Position numbers and translations under genes: made by a program. The notes under the pieces are model-generated. The model saw only the letters and a list, made by a program, of their open reading frames with translations. It was not told where the DNA came from and did no database searches. Shown piece by piece: positions 54,939-63,845 of a stretch of 64,000 nt of DNA (the first letter of the stretch is position 1; each line of letters begins with the position of its first letter). The DNA is from an uncultured Candidatus Saccharibacteria bacterium (GTDB lineage Bacteria > Patescibacteriota > Minisyncoccia > Phycocordibacterales > UBA918), in assembly GCA_964611205.1 (NCBI GenBank), contig CAZSZB010000001.1, forward strand, positions 123,144 to 187,143, given 5' to 3'.

Positions 54939-56183
54939 TTAAATAGTAAACTGACCGTTTTGGTAGATAACTTTATTCTTGCCGTTTTTGAGAGTAGCGG
55001 TAACGGTTCGATTAGTGGTGGTTACAAAGTCACTATGGACAATTGAGTTGTTAAAACCAAGTTTATCCCAGTCACTGTTCTTCCATTTAGGGTCAATTTC
55101 CCCTAAATAACAGTCTCTAAACGATGCTCCGATTGCAACGTGACTGTTGCCGTACTTGCCGCCCATATTTTCATCATATAGAGTTTCTGCCATAAATTTG
55201 GTGATTCTTGATAGTCGACTATCAGTTAGTGAGAATTCACCCAACCTGTTCCCTCCTTCTATAGCTAGCATACTTTTAAGTACGTCGTAATTTTTACTTG
55301 CCTTGGATTTGATAACCTTTCCATTCTCAAACCATAATTGAATTCCTTCAATTTTCTTTCCGTTGCTATAGAAAGGTTGATTAAAGCGAATCCACCCCTT
55401 CGTCTCTCTCCAATTGGGAGAGGTAAAGACCTCATAGGATGGAATATTATTGCCCCCACCTGCTCGCCAGAATCTATTGTGGCCAATACCGACAGTCAAA
55501 TCTACGTCTTCTCCTGACATATGAAGAGCTTCTATTTCCATTTTGGTTAATTTATTCGCTGTTTTCTGAACAGTTGAGTCAATCTTTTGCCAAATTTTAA
55601 TCGGGTCTTTTTCATCGAGGTAACATGCTTTGATGATTTGATTCCAATACTGTCGTCCTGTAAGATTAGCTTCTTTTGCTCCGGCATCTGTGCCATAAAG
55701 CACGATAGTCCAGTTTAGTTTTCCGGCGTCTATCTTTTTTCTTTTGTAACTAATTGAGCCACTACGAGCTTTGTTATGAGTAAAGATTTTTTGAGTATTA
55801 ATTTGGTTAAGCTCATGATGATCAGTTTGAGCTAAAACTAAAATCGTACAATCTATTTGATCGATCAAAGCTTTATTTAATTTCTCAGGTGAGAAAGTGA
55901 GCTGGTCCTCAGACGCAATCTTATAGAAGTCTTTTTGGAATTTATACTGAGAATCTGAACTAGGAAAAAATTGTCCGAGAGGATGATAACCATTTTTCAA
56001 AATAGCTTTTTGGAGATGAAAATATAATGGTTTAGCTACTTCTGGAACTAAGTAATGTACTACTGAACCAGGTTTTGGTTTCTCGTCATTCTTATCCCGC
56101 AGACCGAATTGCACTATTAATTCAGCGTATTTTTCAAGTATTTTATCACTAGGTGTGTAGCTTTGTTGCATATTATAGGTCAC
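54939..56183 (-). CDS. M29-family aminopeptidase (AmpS/aminopeptidase T-like)
   Basis: N-terminal LEKYAELIVQFGL and overall M29 similarity. Confidence 0.75.
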   Translation of the reverse strand: MTYNMQQSYTPSDKILEKYAELIVQFGLRDKNDEKPKPGSVVHYLVPEVAKPLYFHLQKAILKNGYHPLGQFFPSSDSQYKFQKDFYKIASEDQLTFSPEKLNKALIDQIDCTILVLAQTDHHELNQINTQKIFTHNKARSGSISYKRKKIDAGKLNWTIVLYGTDAGAKEANLTGRQYWNQIIKACYLDEKDPIKIWQKIDSTVQKTANKLTKMEIEALHMSGEDVDLTVGIGHNRFWRAGGGNNIPSYEVFTSPNWRETKGWIRFNQPFYSNGKKIEGIQLWFENGKVIKSKASKNYDVLKSMLAIEGGNRLGEFSLTDSRLSRITKFMAETLYDENMGGKYGNSHVAIGASFRDCYLGEIDPKWKNSDWDKLGFNNSIVHSDFVTTTNRTVTATLKNGKNKVIYQNGQFTI

Positions 56184-57528
56184 TGTCGTCAGATTTTTCT
56201 TCGGCGGAGAGTAGAGTGTCTATACGGTTAATATCTCTTGGGAAAAGAGTTGCTTCTTTAACGTTTTTAACTCCACAATATTTGGCCGTCAGTCGCTCAA
56301 GACCCATACCGATACCTCCGTGAGGTGGAATTCCATACTTAAAAGCTTGTAAATAGAATTCAAACTTATCAGGGTCCAAACCTTTCTTTGTAATTCTCTC
56401 CTTTAATTCCTCATAGTCATGAACTCTTTGTCCACCAGAACACATTTCTAAACCTCTGAATAGTAGGTCAAAACTACGAGTATACTCAGGATCCTTTGGT
56501 TCTATGTGGGTATAGAAAGGTCTCTTGCTAGTTGGAAAATGAGTAACGAAAACAAAATCTGACCCAAGGTTATTTTTTGCATACTCACAAAGAAAGCGTT
56601 CGTCTTCAGGCTCCAAATCTGGTTCTTTTGTTTTATCAACACCGGTTTCTTTTTTAATGAGTTCTTGGGCCTCACGGAGTGTCATGACTGGAAATTCTTC
56701 AGGAACTAAAGCTTCCTCGACTCCTAGTAAAGCAAGTTCTTTTTGACATTGGCTATTTACTGCTTCCGTCATATAAGTCATTAGTTTTGCTGTCAGAGCA
56801 ATAACATCTTTGTGATCCTTGATAAAACCCATCTCTAAGTCGAGCATAGCAATCTCACTGAGATGTCGAGTTGTGGCACTTTTTTCTGCTCGAAAGGTCG
56901 TTCCGGTAGAGAAAACTCTTTCAAAAACTCCTACCATAATTTGTTTATAAAGTTGTGGACTCGTTGCTAAAGAAGCACTACGTTCTTTGAAGTATTCAAC
57001 CTTAAACACCTCAGCTCCTCCTTCGGCGTCACCTCCTACCAATTTAGGAGCTTGAAACTCAGTAAAATTTTCTGCTATTAAAAAATTTCTGAAGGCAGAG
57101 ATTATAGTTGCCTGGACTTTAAAAATTGCCTGCTCCTGTGGTCGTCGTAGTGTTAGCGGTCGGTTGTCCAGTAAGGTGTCTATAGAGAGATTGCTAGCCA
57201 GATCAAAAGGCATAGCTTCAGCTTTGTTTAGAATCTGTATCTCAGTTATCTCGAGTTCGATATCACCGTTTGGTACCTTATTGTTTATCATCTTTTCAGG
57301 CCGTTTATTAACTATTCCCGTAACCTCAACTGATGATTCTGGACTGGCGTCTTTAGCTATCTCTAGGACTTCTGGCTTACCAAAAACCACTCCTTGTACC
57401 ACGCTAGAATAGTCACGAAAGTCAAAGAAAGCCATTTTTCCCTGTAAACGAACAACGTCAACAACACCATTAATGGTCACTGTCTCTCCTATGTGTTCAG
57501 TTAAATTATTTAAAAGTATACGTTCCAT
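56173..57528 (-). CDS. aspS: Aspartyl-tRNA synthetase, archaeal/eukaryal type (class IIb, probably non-discriminating)
   Basis: N-terminal OB fold, motif 2 FRAEKS and a C-terminal FEFYLQAFKYGIPPHGGIGMGLERL...LFPRD. This is characteristic of archaeal-type AspRS rather than AsnRS. Confidence 0.8.
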   Translation of the reverse strand: MERILLNNLTEHIGETVTINGVVDVVRLQGKMAFFDFRDYSSVVQGVVFGKPEVLEIAKDASPESSVEVTGIVNKRPEKMINNKVPNGDIELEITEIQILNKAEAMPFDLASNLSIDTLLDNRPLTLRRPQEQAIFKVQATIISAFRNFLIAENFTEFQAPKLVGGDAEGGAEVFKVEYFKERSASLATSPQLYKQIMVGVFERVFSTGTTFRAEKSATTRHLSEIAMLDLEMGFIKDHKDVIALTAKLMTYMTEAVNSQCQKELALLGVEEALVPEEFPVMTLREAQELIKKETGVDKTKEPDLEPEDERFLCEYAKNNLGSDFVFVTHFPTSKRPFYTHIEPKDPEYTRSFDLLFRGLEMCSGGQRVHDYEELKERITKKGLDPDKFEFYLQAFKYGIPPHGGIGMGLERLTAKYCGVKNVKEATLFPRDINRIDTLLSAEEKSDDSDL

Positions 57529-57544
57529 ATATTTTTTGCTGCAA

Positions 57545-57838
57545 TAAACGTTCTGTAATTTTATTCGTCAAAACCTAAAGATTTCAAATGCCACGTAAAA
57601 CGCCCCTGCATGCATATTAATTACTAATACGAACGCAGGGGCGATTACAATTTGTTAATTGTTTGTCGCGGTGCCACCCTACTTCGTCCCGTTCTTAGAG
57701 AACAGGACCTTATTTTTCGACCACGCTATTTCGGGCGTTCCCGGGGGGTTCTACTCAAATGAGCTTAATAATAAGCTTATATTTTCCTCCCCCACCTCCA
57801 CGGTGTCAGCCGTTTCGTTGGTTTATTAAACAATAGCA
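57545..57838 (-). promoter_or_regulatory. T-box riboswitch leader upstream of aspS
   Basis: The minus strand reads AAGUAGGGUGGCACCGCG, matching the T-box consensus AAUUAGGGUGGNACCGCG. It is followed by the terminator hairpin CGCCCCUGC...GCAGGGGCG (57601-57643) + UUUUAC, then the aspS start 70 nt further on. Confidence 0.7.
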
Positions 57839-57841
57839 TGC

Positions 57842-58780
57842 TTATAATTCGATGCCAACAGCTTTGCGGACACGGCCTAAAGTTTGATTGGAAACTGCCT
57901 TAGCTTTGGTAGCCCCATCTTGGAGAATGTTTTTTACCTCATCGTCGCTAATAGACTCTCTCTTTTCACGCATCGGTTTGATAACTTCTTCGATGTCTTC
58001 TGTTAGAATATTTTTCAGCTCGCCATATTGCCCTTTGTGCTTTTCGTATAGTTCATCCAGTTCCGCTGTACTTCTAAAGAGACTATGGATGGCGTAGACA
58101 TTTTCAGGTCTCTCCCCTGTTGAATCAGTCACAATGCTCATTACTGATTTTTTAATTTCTTCTTTAGTACCGAACAAGGGGATGGTATTTTTATAACTTT
58201 TACTCATTTTAGATCCATCGGTACCAGGAACTATTCCTACCCCATCTAGTATTACAGTAGTTGGTTCCTTTAAAATCTCACCATAAGCACGGTTGAATTT
58301 ACCAACGGCCTCTCTAGTGTATTCTAAATGTTGTCGTTGGTCTTCACCTACTGGAACTTCGTCAATATCATAAAGGGTAATGTCAGCTGCTTGCAACATT
58401 GGATAGGTAAACAGTCCAGCGTTCGGTTCCCCGCCTTTAGCCACTTTGTCTTTATAGGCATGGCTTTGCATCAGAAAAGGTACTGTCACTAAACAATTTA
58501 ATATCCATCCTAGTTCAGTATGATCTGGATTATCAGACTGACGGAAAATAGTCACTTTCTGGGGATCTATACCAATAGCCAGATAATCTTTTACGATATT
58601 TAGAATATTTTTTTGTAGTAATTCAGGATCACGAACAGAGGTTAAAGCATGATAATCTGCGACCATAAGAAAACTTTCATAATCCTCGTAGACTTCTTTG
58701 AATGGTTTCAGAGCACCAAAATAATTGCCAATATGTAGATCCCCGCTAGGTTGTAGTCCTGTAAATAATCGTTTTTTCAT
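57842..58780 (-). CDS. trpS: Tryptophanyl-tRNA synthetase
   Basis: GDLHIGN (HIGH) and KMSKS motifs. Confidence 0.92.
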   Translation of the reverse strand: MKKRLFTGLQPSGDLHIGNYFGALKPFKEVYEDYESFLMVADYHALTSVRDPELLQKNILNIVKDYLAIGIDPQKVTIFRQSDNPDHTELGWILNCLVTVPFLMQSHAYKDKVAKGGEPNAGLFTYPMLQAADITLYDIDEVPVGEDQRQHLEYTREAVGKFNRAYGEILKEPTTVILDGVGIVPGTDGSKMSKSYKNTIPLFGTKEEIKKSVMSIVTDSTGERPENVYAIHSLFRSTAELDELYEKHKGQYGELKNILTEDIEEVIKPMREKRESISDDEVKNILQDGATKAKAVSNQTLGRVRKAVGIEL

Positions 58781-58835
58781 TCTGTTAGTTTAGCAAGTAG
58801 TTATCGGGTTAGCAAAATTTTCTATTTAGAAGATA

Positions 58836-60491
58836 TTATTTTTTGAGGGGAAATTCCAAGCTAAAAGTTGAACCCTCACCTTCTCCAGCGGAGGCTGCAG
58901 AAATATCACCTCCCATATCGTTGGCCATTTTCTTTGCGATATACAACCCTAATCCAGTCCCGGCTGTATTAATATTGTGAGCATTGTCTGCGCGTTCAAA
59001 TTTGTTAAACATTTCCTCGATAGTTTCAGTAGACATACCTACTCCAGTATCAATAATATCTACTAAAATACGTTTAGGATGCACCTTCTCGTAAACCGTT
59101 ACTTTAATAGATCCGTGTGGAGTGTATTTAATAGCGTTGTTTATTAGATTATGGATAATCTGTCTAGTTTTCCCAATGTCAGCATTTATTATTCCTTGCG
59201 ATTTCAGGTTTGATTTAAAAGTCAGAAGAAGTCCCTGTTTGACAGCTTGTTGGCGCAGATCATCAACGATATTTTTAGTTAGTTGGCTTAAATTGACATC
59301 TGTATAATCATATTTCATATTGCCAGCTTGGATACGAGAGACATTGAGATAATCTTCCACTGATGAAGCCATATAGCTACTAGATTTTTCTATATGTTCT
59401 ACTGCCTCCTCAGCTTTTTTTGGTAACTTGCCAAAAGATCCTTCCAACAACATAGAGGCATAACCGCGGATAGATGTCAGAGGACTGCGTAGCTGGTGGG
59501 AGGCAATGGAAACAAATTCGGATTTCATCTTGTCTAATACTTTGAGCCGATCATTGGCCTTCTGTAACTTAAGTGCCAAATCTTCAATTTCCTTTCTTTG
59601 TTCAAACTCTTTGCGGACACTCTGGATAAGAAGATAGCCAGCTACAGTAGTGAAAACTAGAGTCAAGCCGGCTATTATCTTCAGTAGTTCAGACTCTACA
59701 AAAATCAAAGAACATACAAGAGCCCATAGAACTACCACTAGAACTTGCGCTCCAGCTATCTGAATTTTGAATGCTTCAAATTGGACAATACAATATGCAA
59801 TAAGGAATGCAAAAACTGGCATTCCAAATAAACCATACTGACTGATAGTCCAGTTATCAGTAAAACTACTAATAATGTTACCTGAAGTGAAAGATAGGAG
59901 AAAAGTTAGTAAACCAGTTACAAAAAGAAGTAACACCCGACGCCTGTGTTTTTCCGTAATCCGTAAAGCTTTAACTGCGGTAACGAAGATTAGTATTATA
60001 AATATTAAGTTTAAAATATAAGTATAATATTTAGCTATTGGGCCTTCGATACTTTCACAACTAGAAAGAGCTATTGATTCTAGATTGTAAGTGGTTGGTA
60101 AGAGGATAATTAATGGTAAAAGTAAAAAGGAAATAGCTAGGTTAAGTTTAAAATTAGGAATACTTTTAAAAGCAAAAATATAAAATATATAGAAAGCAAT
60201 TGCATAAGTAAGAGGCTCTATTAAAACCTGCATTGACCAAGCAAACATAACTAAAGCGGGATCATTAGTTGCCCACAATGAGACATCTAACAAAGCCCAC
60301 AAGCTGAAGAGAATTACAAAAATTAATAGAAGACGAGAGATGATGAGCTTTGGATTATTGAAAAAAATCAGCAACCCTACTGCAAGAGCTGAAAAGATAG
60401 CAATAAAATGGGAGTAATTTATCAATAAGGGTACATTTGAAGAAATGAAAACAAATGAGGCTGCTTCCCATGGGCAGTATAATAATTGCAT
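58836..60491 (-). CDS. Sensor histidine kinase with an N-terminal multi-TM (7-8 helix) sensor domain
   Basis: HisKA H-box HQLRSPLTSIRGY and HATPase N/G boxes (NAIKYT, GTGLGLYIAKK). No response regulator is adjacent in this window. Confidence 0.85.
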   Translation of the reverse strand: MQLLYCPWEAASFVFISSNVPLLINYSHFIAIFSALAVGLLIFFNNPKLIISRLLLIFVILFSLWALLDVSLWATNDPALVMFAWSMQVLIEPLTYAIAFYIFYIFAFKSIPNFKLNLAISFLLLPLIILLPTTYNLESIALSSCESIEGPIAKYYTYILNLIFIILIFVTAVKALRITEKHRRRVLLLFVTGLLTFLLSFTSGNIISSFTDNWTISQYGLFGMPVFAFLIAYCIVQFEAFKIQIAGAQVLVVVLWALVCSLIFVESELLKIIAGLTLVFTTVAGYLLIQSVRKEFEQRKEIEDLALKLQKANDRLKVLDKMKSEFVSIASHQLRSPLTSIRGYASMLLEGSFGKLPKKAEEAVEHIEKSSSYMASSVEDYLNVSRIQAGNMKYDYTDVNLSQLTKNIVDDLRQQAVKQGLLLTFKSNLKSQGIINADIGKTRQIIHNLINNAIKYTPHGSIKVTVYEKVHPKRILVDIIDTGVGMSTETIEEMFNKFERADNAHNINTAGTGLGLYIAKKMANDMGGDISAASAGEGEGSTFSLEFPLKK

Positions 60492-60495
60492 AATA

Positions 60496-60636
60496 TTATT
60501 CCGTTAGATTTTCTTCTAAATCATTAATAATCTCAAAATCCCTTTGGACAATAGTTTTGTAATAAGTAGCTGTGACAGAAATAAAAATTAATGCCAGTAT
60601 GATGTAGAGAAGAATTTTCGAAAGTTTTTCACTCAT
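60496..60636 (-). CDS. Possible 46-aa single-TM peptide immediately upstream of the histidine kinase
   Basis: MSEKLSKILLYIILALIFISVTATYY... with AAGGA 13 nt upstream. Its stop is 4 nt before the kinase start codon. It is absent from the ORF track, probably because of the length cutoff. Confidence 0.3.
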   Translation of the reverse strand: MSEKLSKILLYIILALIFISVTATYYKTIVQRDFEIINDLEENLTE

Positions 60637-60729
60637 AAAAGTTTATACGTCCTTTGTTCATGGTACATTATTAACAATTAAAGAGATTTTAATCCTGGGG
60701 ATTACCAAAGCTCTTATAAGAATAACAAT

Positions 60730-61815
60730 ATGAAAAATGATTTTGGGCCAGTATGGTCATGTAACGAATGGGATCCTCTTGAAGAAGTCATAGTTGGTTC
60801 AGTTGAGAATGCTACGGTACCTATCTGGAATCAATACTTAGCATCTACGACGCCCAAGCATGCTAAATGGTTTTTTGAACAACATGGAGGAAAACCTTTT
60901 CCTGGAGACATGATTGAAAAAGCCACGATTGAGTTGGACGGATTGGTTAAGACTCTTAAACAGCTCGATATTATAGTTCATCGTCCTGACAAGCAAGATT
61001 TTAATACCGAATACAGTTCTCCTTGGTGGAGTAGTCAAGGGCTTTATTCTGCTATGCCTCGAGATGTAATGATGATTATCGGAGATACGATAGTTGAAGC
61101 TCCTATGGCTTGGCGTTCTCGTTACTTCGAAATTTTCGCCTTCAGGAGATTGATGGAAGGATACTTTAAAGATGGTGCCAGATGGTTGGCTGCCCCTAAA
61201 CCTAGTATGGCGGAAGGTTTCTATAATCCCGAGTATGACCCAAGCCAAGCTACTAAAGATGGAGTTCGTCAGTTTGTTATAACTGAAAAAGAAATAGCAT
61301 TTGATGCAGCCGACTTCACTAGATGTGGTAAAGATATTTTTGTACAAAAAAGTAATGTCACCAATGCTATTGGAATAGAATGGGTACGCCGTCATATTGG
61401 ATCAGAATTCAATATCCACGAAGTGGAGTTTGATGATGAGAATCCTATGCATATTGATACTACTATTGTTCCCCTAGCTCCAGGTAAACTTATGATAAAT
61501 CCTTCCTGGGTAAGAAGAGAACAAATTCCTAAAATGTTTGATTCTTGGGAGATTATCGAAGCCCCGGAACCTGTTAAACCATATGATTCGGCACTTTATT
61601 TCTCAAGTGATTGGCTTACTATGAATTTTTTAAGCATCGATGAGAAACGCATTATAGTAGAAGAGAATGAAGAACCATTGATTAAGCTTTTACAAAAACA
61701 TGGTTTTGAACCCATTCCTATCCCCTTCCGTAATTTTTATCCATTCGGTGGTTCTATTCATTGTGCTACAGCTGATATTCGTAGACGAGGTGAATTAAAA
61801 TCATATTTTGACTAA
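60730..61815 (+). CDS. Amidinotransferase (L-arginine:glycine amidinotransferase GATM/StrB1 family)
   Basis: Colinear strong similarity to vertebrate GATM (recalled from memory): NEWDPLEEVIVG, GLYSAMPRD..EAPMAWRSR, FDAADF, NPMHID and the C-terminal catalytic-Cys motif GGSIHCATADIRRRG. Confidence 0.85.
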   Translation: MKNDFGPVWSCNEWDPLEEVIVGSVENATVPIWNQYLASTTPKHAKWFFEQHGGKPFPGDMIEKATIELDGLVKTLKQLDIIVHRPDKQDFNTEYSSPWWSSQGLYSAMPRDVMMIIGDTIVEAPMAWRSRYFEIFAFRRLMEGYFKDGARWLAAPKPSMAEGFYNPEYDPSQATKDGVRQFVITEKEIAFDAADFTRCGKDIFVQKSNVTNAIGIEWVRRHIGSEFNIHEVEFDDENPMHIDTTIVPLAPGKLMINPSWVRREQIPKMFDSWEIIEAPEPVKPYDSALYFSSDWLTMNFLSIDEKRIIVEENEEPLIKLLQKHGFEPIPIPFRNFYPFGGSIHCATADIRRRGELKSYFD

Positions 61816-62819
61816 TTTCCTTGTGTAACAATCAACAACGCTCCGCTTGAAATTAAAAGAACCCCAATTATTTTTAAACTTAACGGTAATCCAGAAAGCT
61901 GTCTTCTTTGTGAAGAAGAGCTTAAGCGAGCTAGAAAAAAACCAAACATTAAGGTAAAGATTGGATGAAAAGCATTAAATGAACTAACGGCCATAATAGA
62001 TGGACCTATAACGATTGCTAATTGATTTGTGATAGCTGATAAAGCGTAAAGTGATTCATTTAGGAATTGTATACCCAATACTTTGAAATCTAATTGAGAC
62101 ACAAAATCTTGAAACTGTTTTCGGTACGGAGGCCAAGTTGTCCAAATCACACTGCTTAAAAATGTCATACCTAATCCGTTCCAGAATAGAGAAGCTAAGA
62201 AGTTACCGCTTATTGTCGAATCTTTGAACAAAAAGTATCCCAAACTGATGACGGCAGAAGCGCAGAACATTAATAATAAAGTATGGGTATCTAGTTTCTT
62301 GTTTTCTGGGACAAAATTTAGAAAACCAGCTCCAAGAATGATTATTACGGTACCGAAAATATGGATAAGCGAAGGTATTTCTGCAAATAATAGGAGGCCG
62401 AATATCAAAGAAAATATAGGGATGGTTTGAAATAAAGGAGTAACGTTAACTGCTCCACCGCGCTGCAAAGAATAAAAATATGGAATCAACCACAGTACTT
62501 CCAGCATACCAGCTCCAAATGCGTTAAGAGCTGCTATCTTCGGTATGTTTAGCAAAGAAATTTGGTTTATTCCTAGCAAGAAAATAACTGTGGCAATACT
62601 TATAACTAAGCCAAAGAAACCAGAAATTAATATAAGACGACCTGGGGCATCAACATTATTTTGTCCTTTAGTTTTTTTATTTAGCTTCTTTAACAGCCAC
62701 TCGTCTACAAACCCAACCCCCACATCTGCTCCTGTAGATACGAGAGATAATATTACCCAGGGAGTCGTAATTAAAATGAAAAGACCTAATATTCCGCCAG
62801 ACAAAAAACTTAATTCCAT
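61812..62819 (-). CDS. DMT/EamA-like 10-TM transporter
   Basis: Two EamA-like 5-TM halves. The start is uncertain. Confidence 0.55.
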   Translation of the reverse strand: MELSFLSGGILGLFILITTPWVILSLVSTGADVGVGFVDEWLLKKLNKKTKGQNNVDAPGRLILISGFFGLVISIATVIFLLGINQISLLNIPKIAALNAFGAGMLEVLWLIPYFYSLQRGGAVNVTPLFQTIPIFSLIFGLLLFAEIPSLIHIFGTVIIILGAGFLNFVPENKKLDTHTLLLMFCASAVISLGYFLFKDSTISGNFLASLFWNGLGMTFLSSVIWTTWPPYRKQFQDFVSQLDFKVLGIQFLNESLYALSAITNQLAIVIGPSIMAVSSFNAFHPIFTLMFGFFLARLSSSSQRRQLSGLPLSLKIIGVLLISSGALLIVTQGN

Positions 62820-62838
62820 AGTACAGAATCAATTTTTG

Positions 62839-63324
62839 TCATAATAAAAAAAGTAAGATAAACGGTAACATCAACCACCAAAAGAAGCTTTGTTCAGAAC
62901 CGAATAGATAATTTATGGGAGAGCCAGGCGTGATTATATCGGTGACAGGAAGAACATGATAGCTGTATATCATAATAAGAACAGTTCCGGCGGTTGCTAA
63001 TAAAAACTTTTTCCAAAAGCCTTCAAATAAATTCTCGTCATATTCTCGAGGTAAGATGCGTGAAAAAAGTTTAGTCGAGAGAAAAGTGAAAGTAGCAAAA
63101 ACCAAAATCATTAATATCGCTTTCGATTTTTGACTATCAGTATTGTTAAGCAGCACTTCGTAGTAAGGAAATTCTACAGATATAAGCAAAGCAAAATATA
63201 AACCCAGAATTAAGTTAGTGATACTCTGTCTACCAAACTTCACAGCATAGAATAAAAAGCCGCTAAAAATCACTATCAAAAACAAACATTCCTTTAAAAA
63301 AGAAATAATAGTTGCTGTATCCAT
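62839..63324 (-). CDS. Hypothetical membrane protein (4-5 TM)
   Basis: Hydrophobic ORF with no recognisable family. Confidence 0.5.
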   Translation of the reverse strand: MDTATIISFLKECLFLIVIFSGFLFYAVKFGRQSITNLILGLYFALLISVEFPYYEVLLNNTDSQKSKAILMILVFATFTFLSTKLFSRILPREYDENLFEGFWKKFLLATAGTVLIMIYSYHVLPVTDIITPGSPINYLFGSEQSFFWWLMLPFILLFLL

Positions 63325-63384
63325 GTGCTTATATTATAGACCCAGCGAACTCATTGTTGAAGAGATCTGCTGGATAACTATTCC

Positions 63385-63804
63385 CTACTTAATATGGTCG
63401 GTAGCTAGTTTACTAGCGTCCTGTATGTGTTTGAAACGGTCATTCATAAGTTTAACCCCGCCGAACCAACGGGTTACACATATAATGCAATCGGTGACAT
63501 TTTCTTTTTGCATAATATTAAGTATGACTAAACCAGCTCCTGTCTCACCATCATCGCTCTTTGTTTCGTAAACAGCCCCTTCATGGGTGATGCGGGTAGC
63601 CCAACTATTGTGAGTTGCTCTAGCGTACTTTTTGTTTGTCTTAAGTCGTGTTAAAAAATCTTTTATTTCTTGACGTGACTTAACTAGTCCATAACTAACT
63701 GAGTAGACACTACCACGATCTTTAATAATTTTTTCTAACAAAACAAATGGTTCCCGTGGCTTCTTGGAATTTCCAAAATCAAATTGAGTTGATTGACGAG
63801 GCAT
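63385..63804 (-). CDS. YigZ/IMPACT-family (UPF0029) N-terminal domain protein
   Basis: ATHNSWATRI...DDGETGAGLVILNIM...VTRWFGGVKL matches the IMPACT/YigZ domain. Confidence 0.7.
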   Translation of the reverse strand: MPRQSTQFDFGNSKKPREPFVLLEKIIKDRGSVYSVSYGLVKSRQEIKDFLTRLKTNKKYARATHNSWATRITHEGAVYETKSDDGETGAGLVILNIMQKENVTDCIICVTRWFGGVKLMNDRFKHIQDASKLATDHIK

Positions 63805-63845
63805 AGGACTGCTAGCTATGTCGAGATGCTTTTATCTCGCGCACT

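Noticed and set aside
60838-61395. 185-aa minus-strand ORF
   Set aside because: It is antisense to the amidinotransferase gene.
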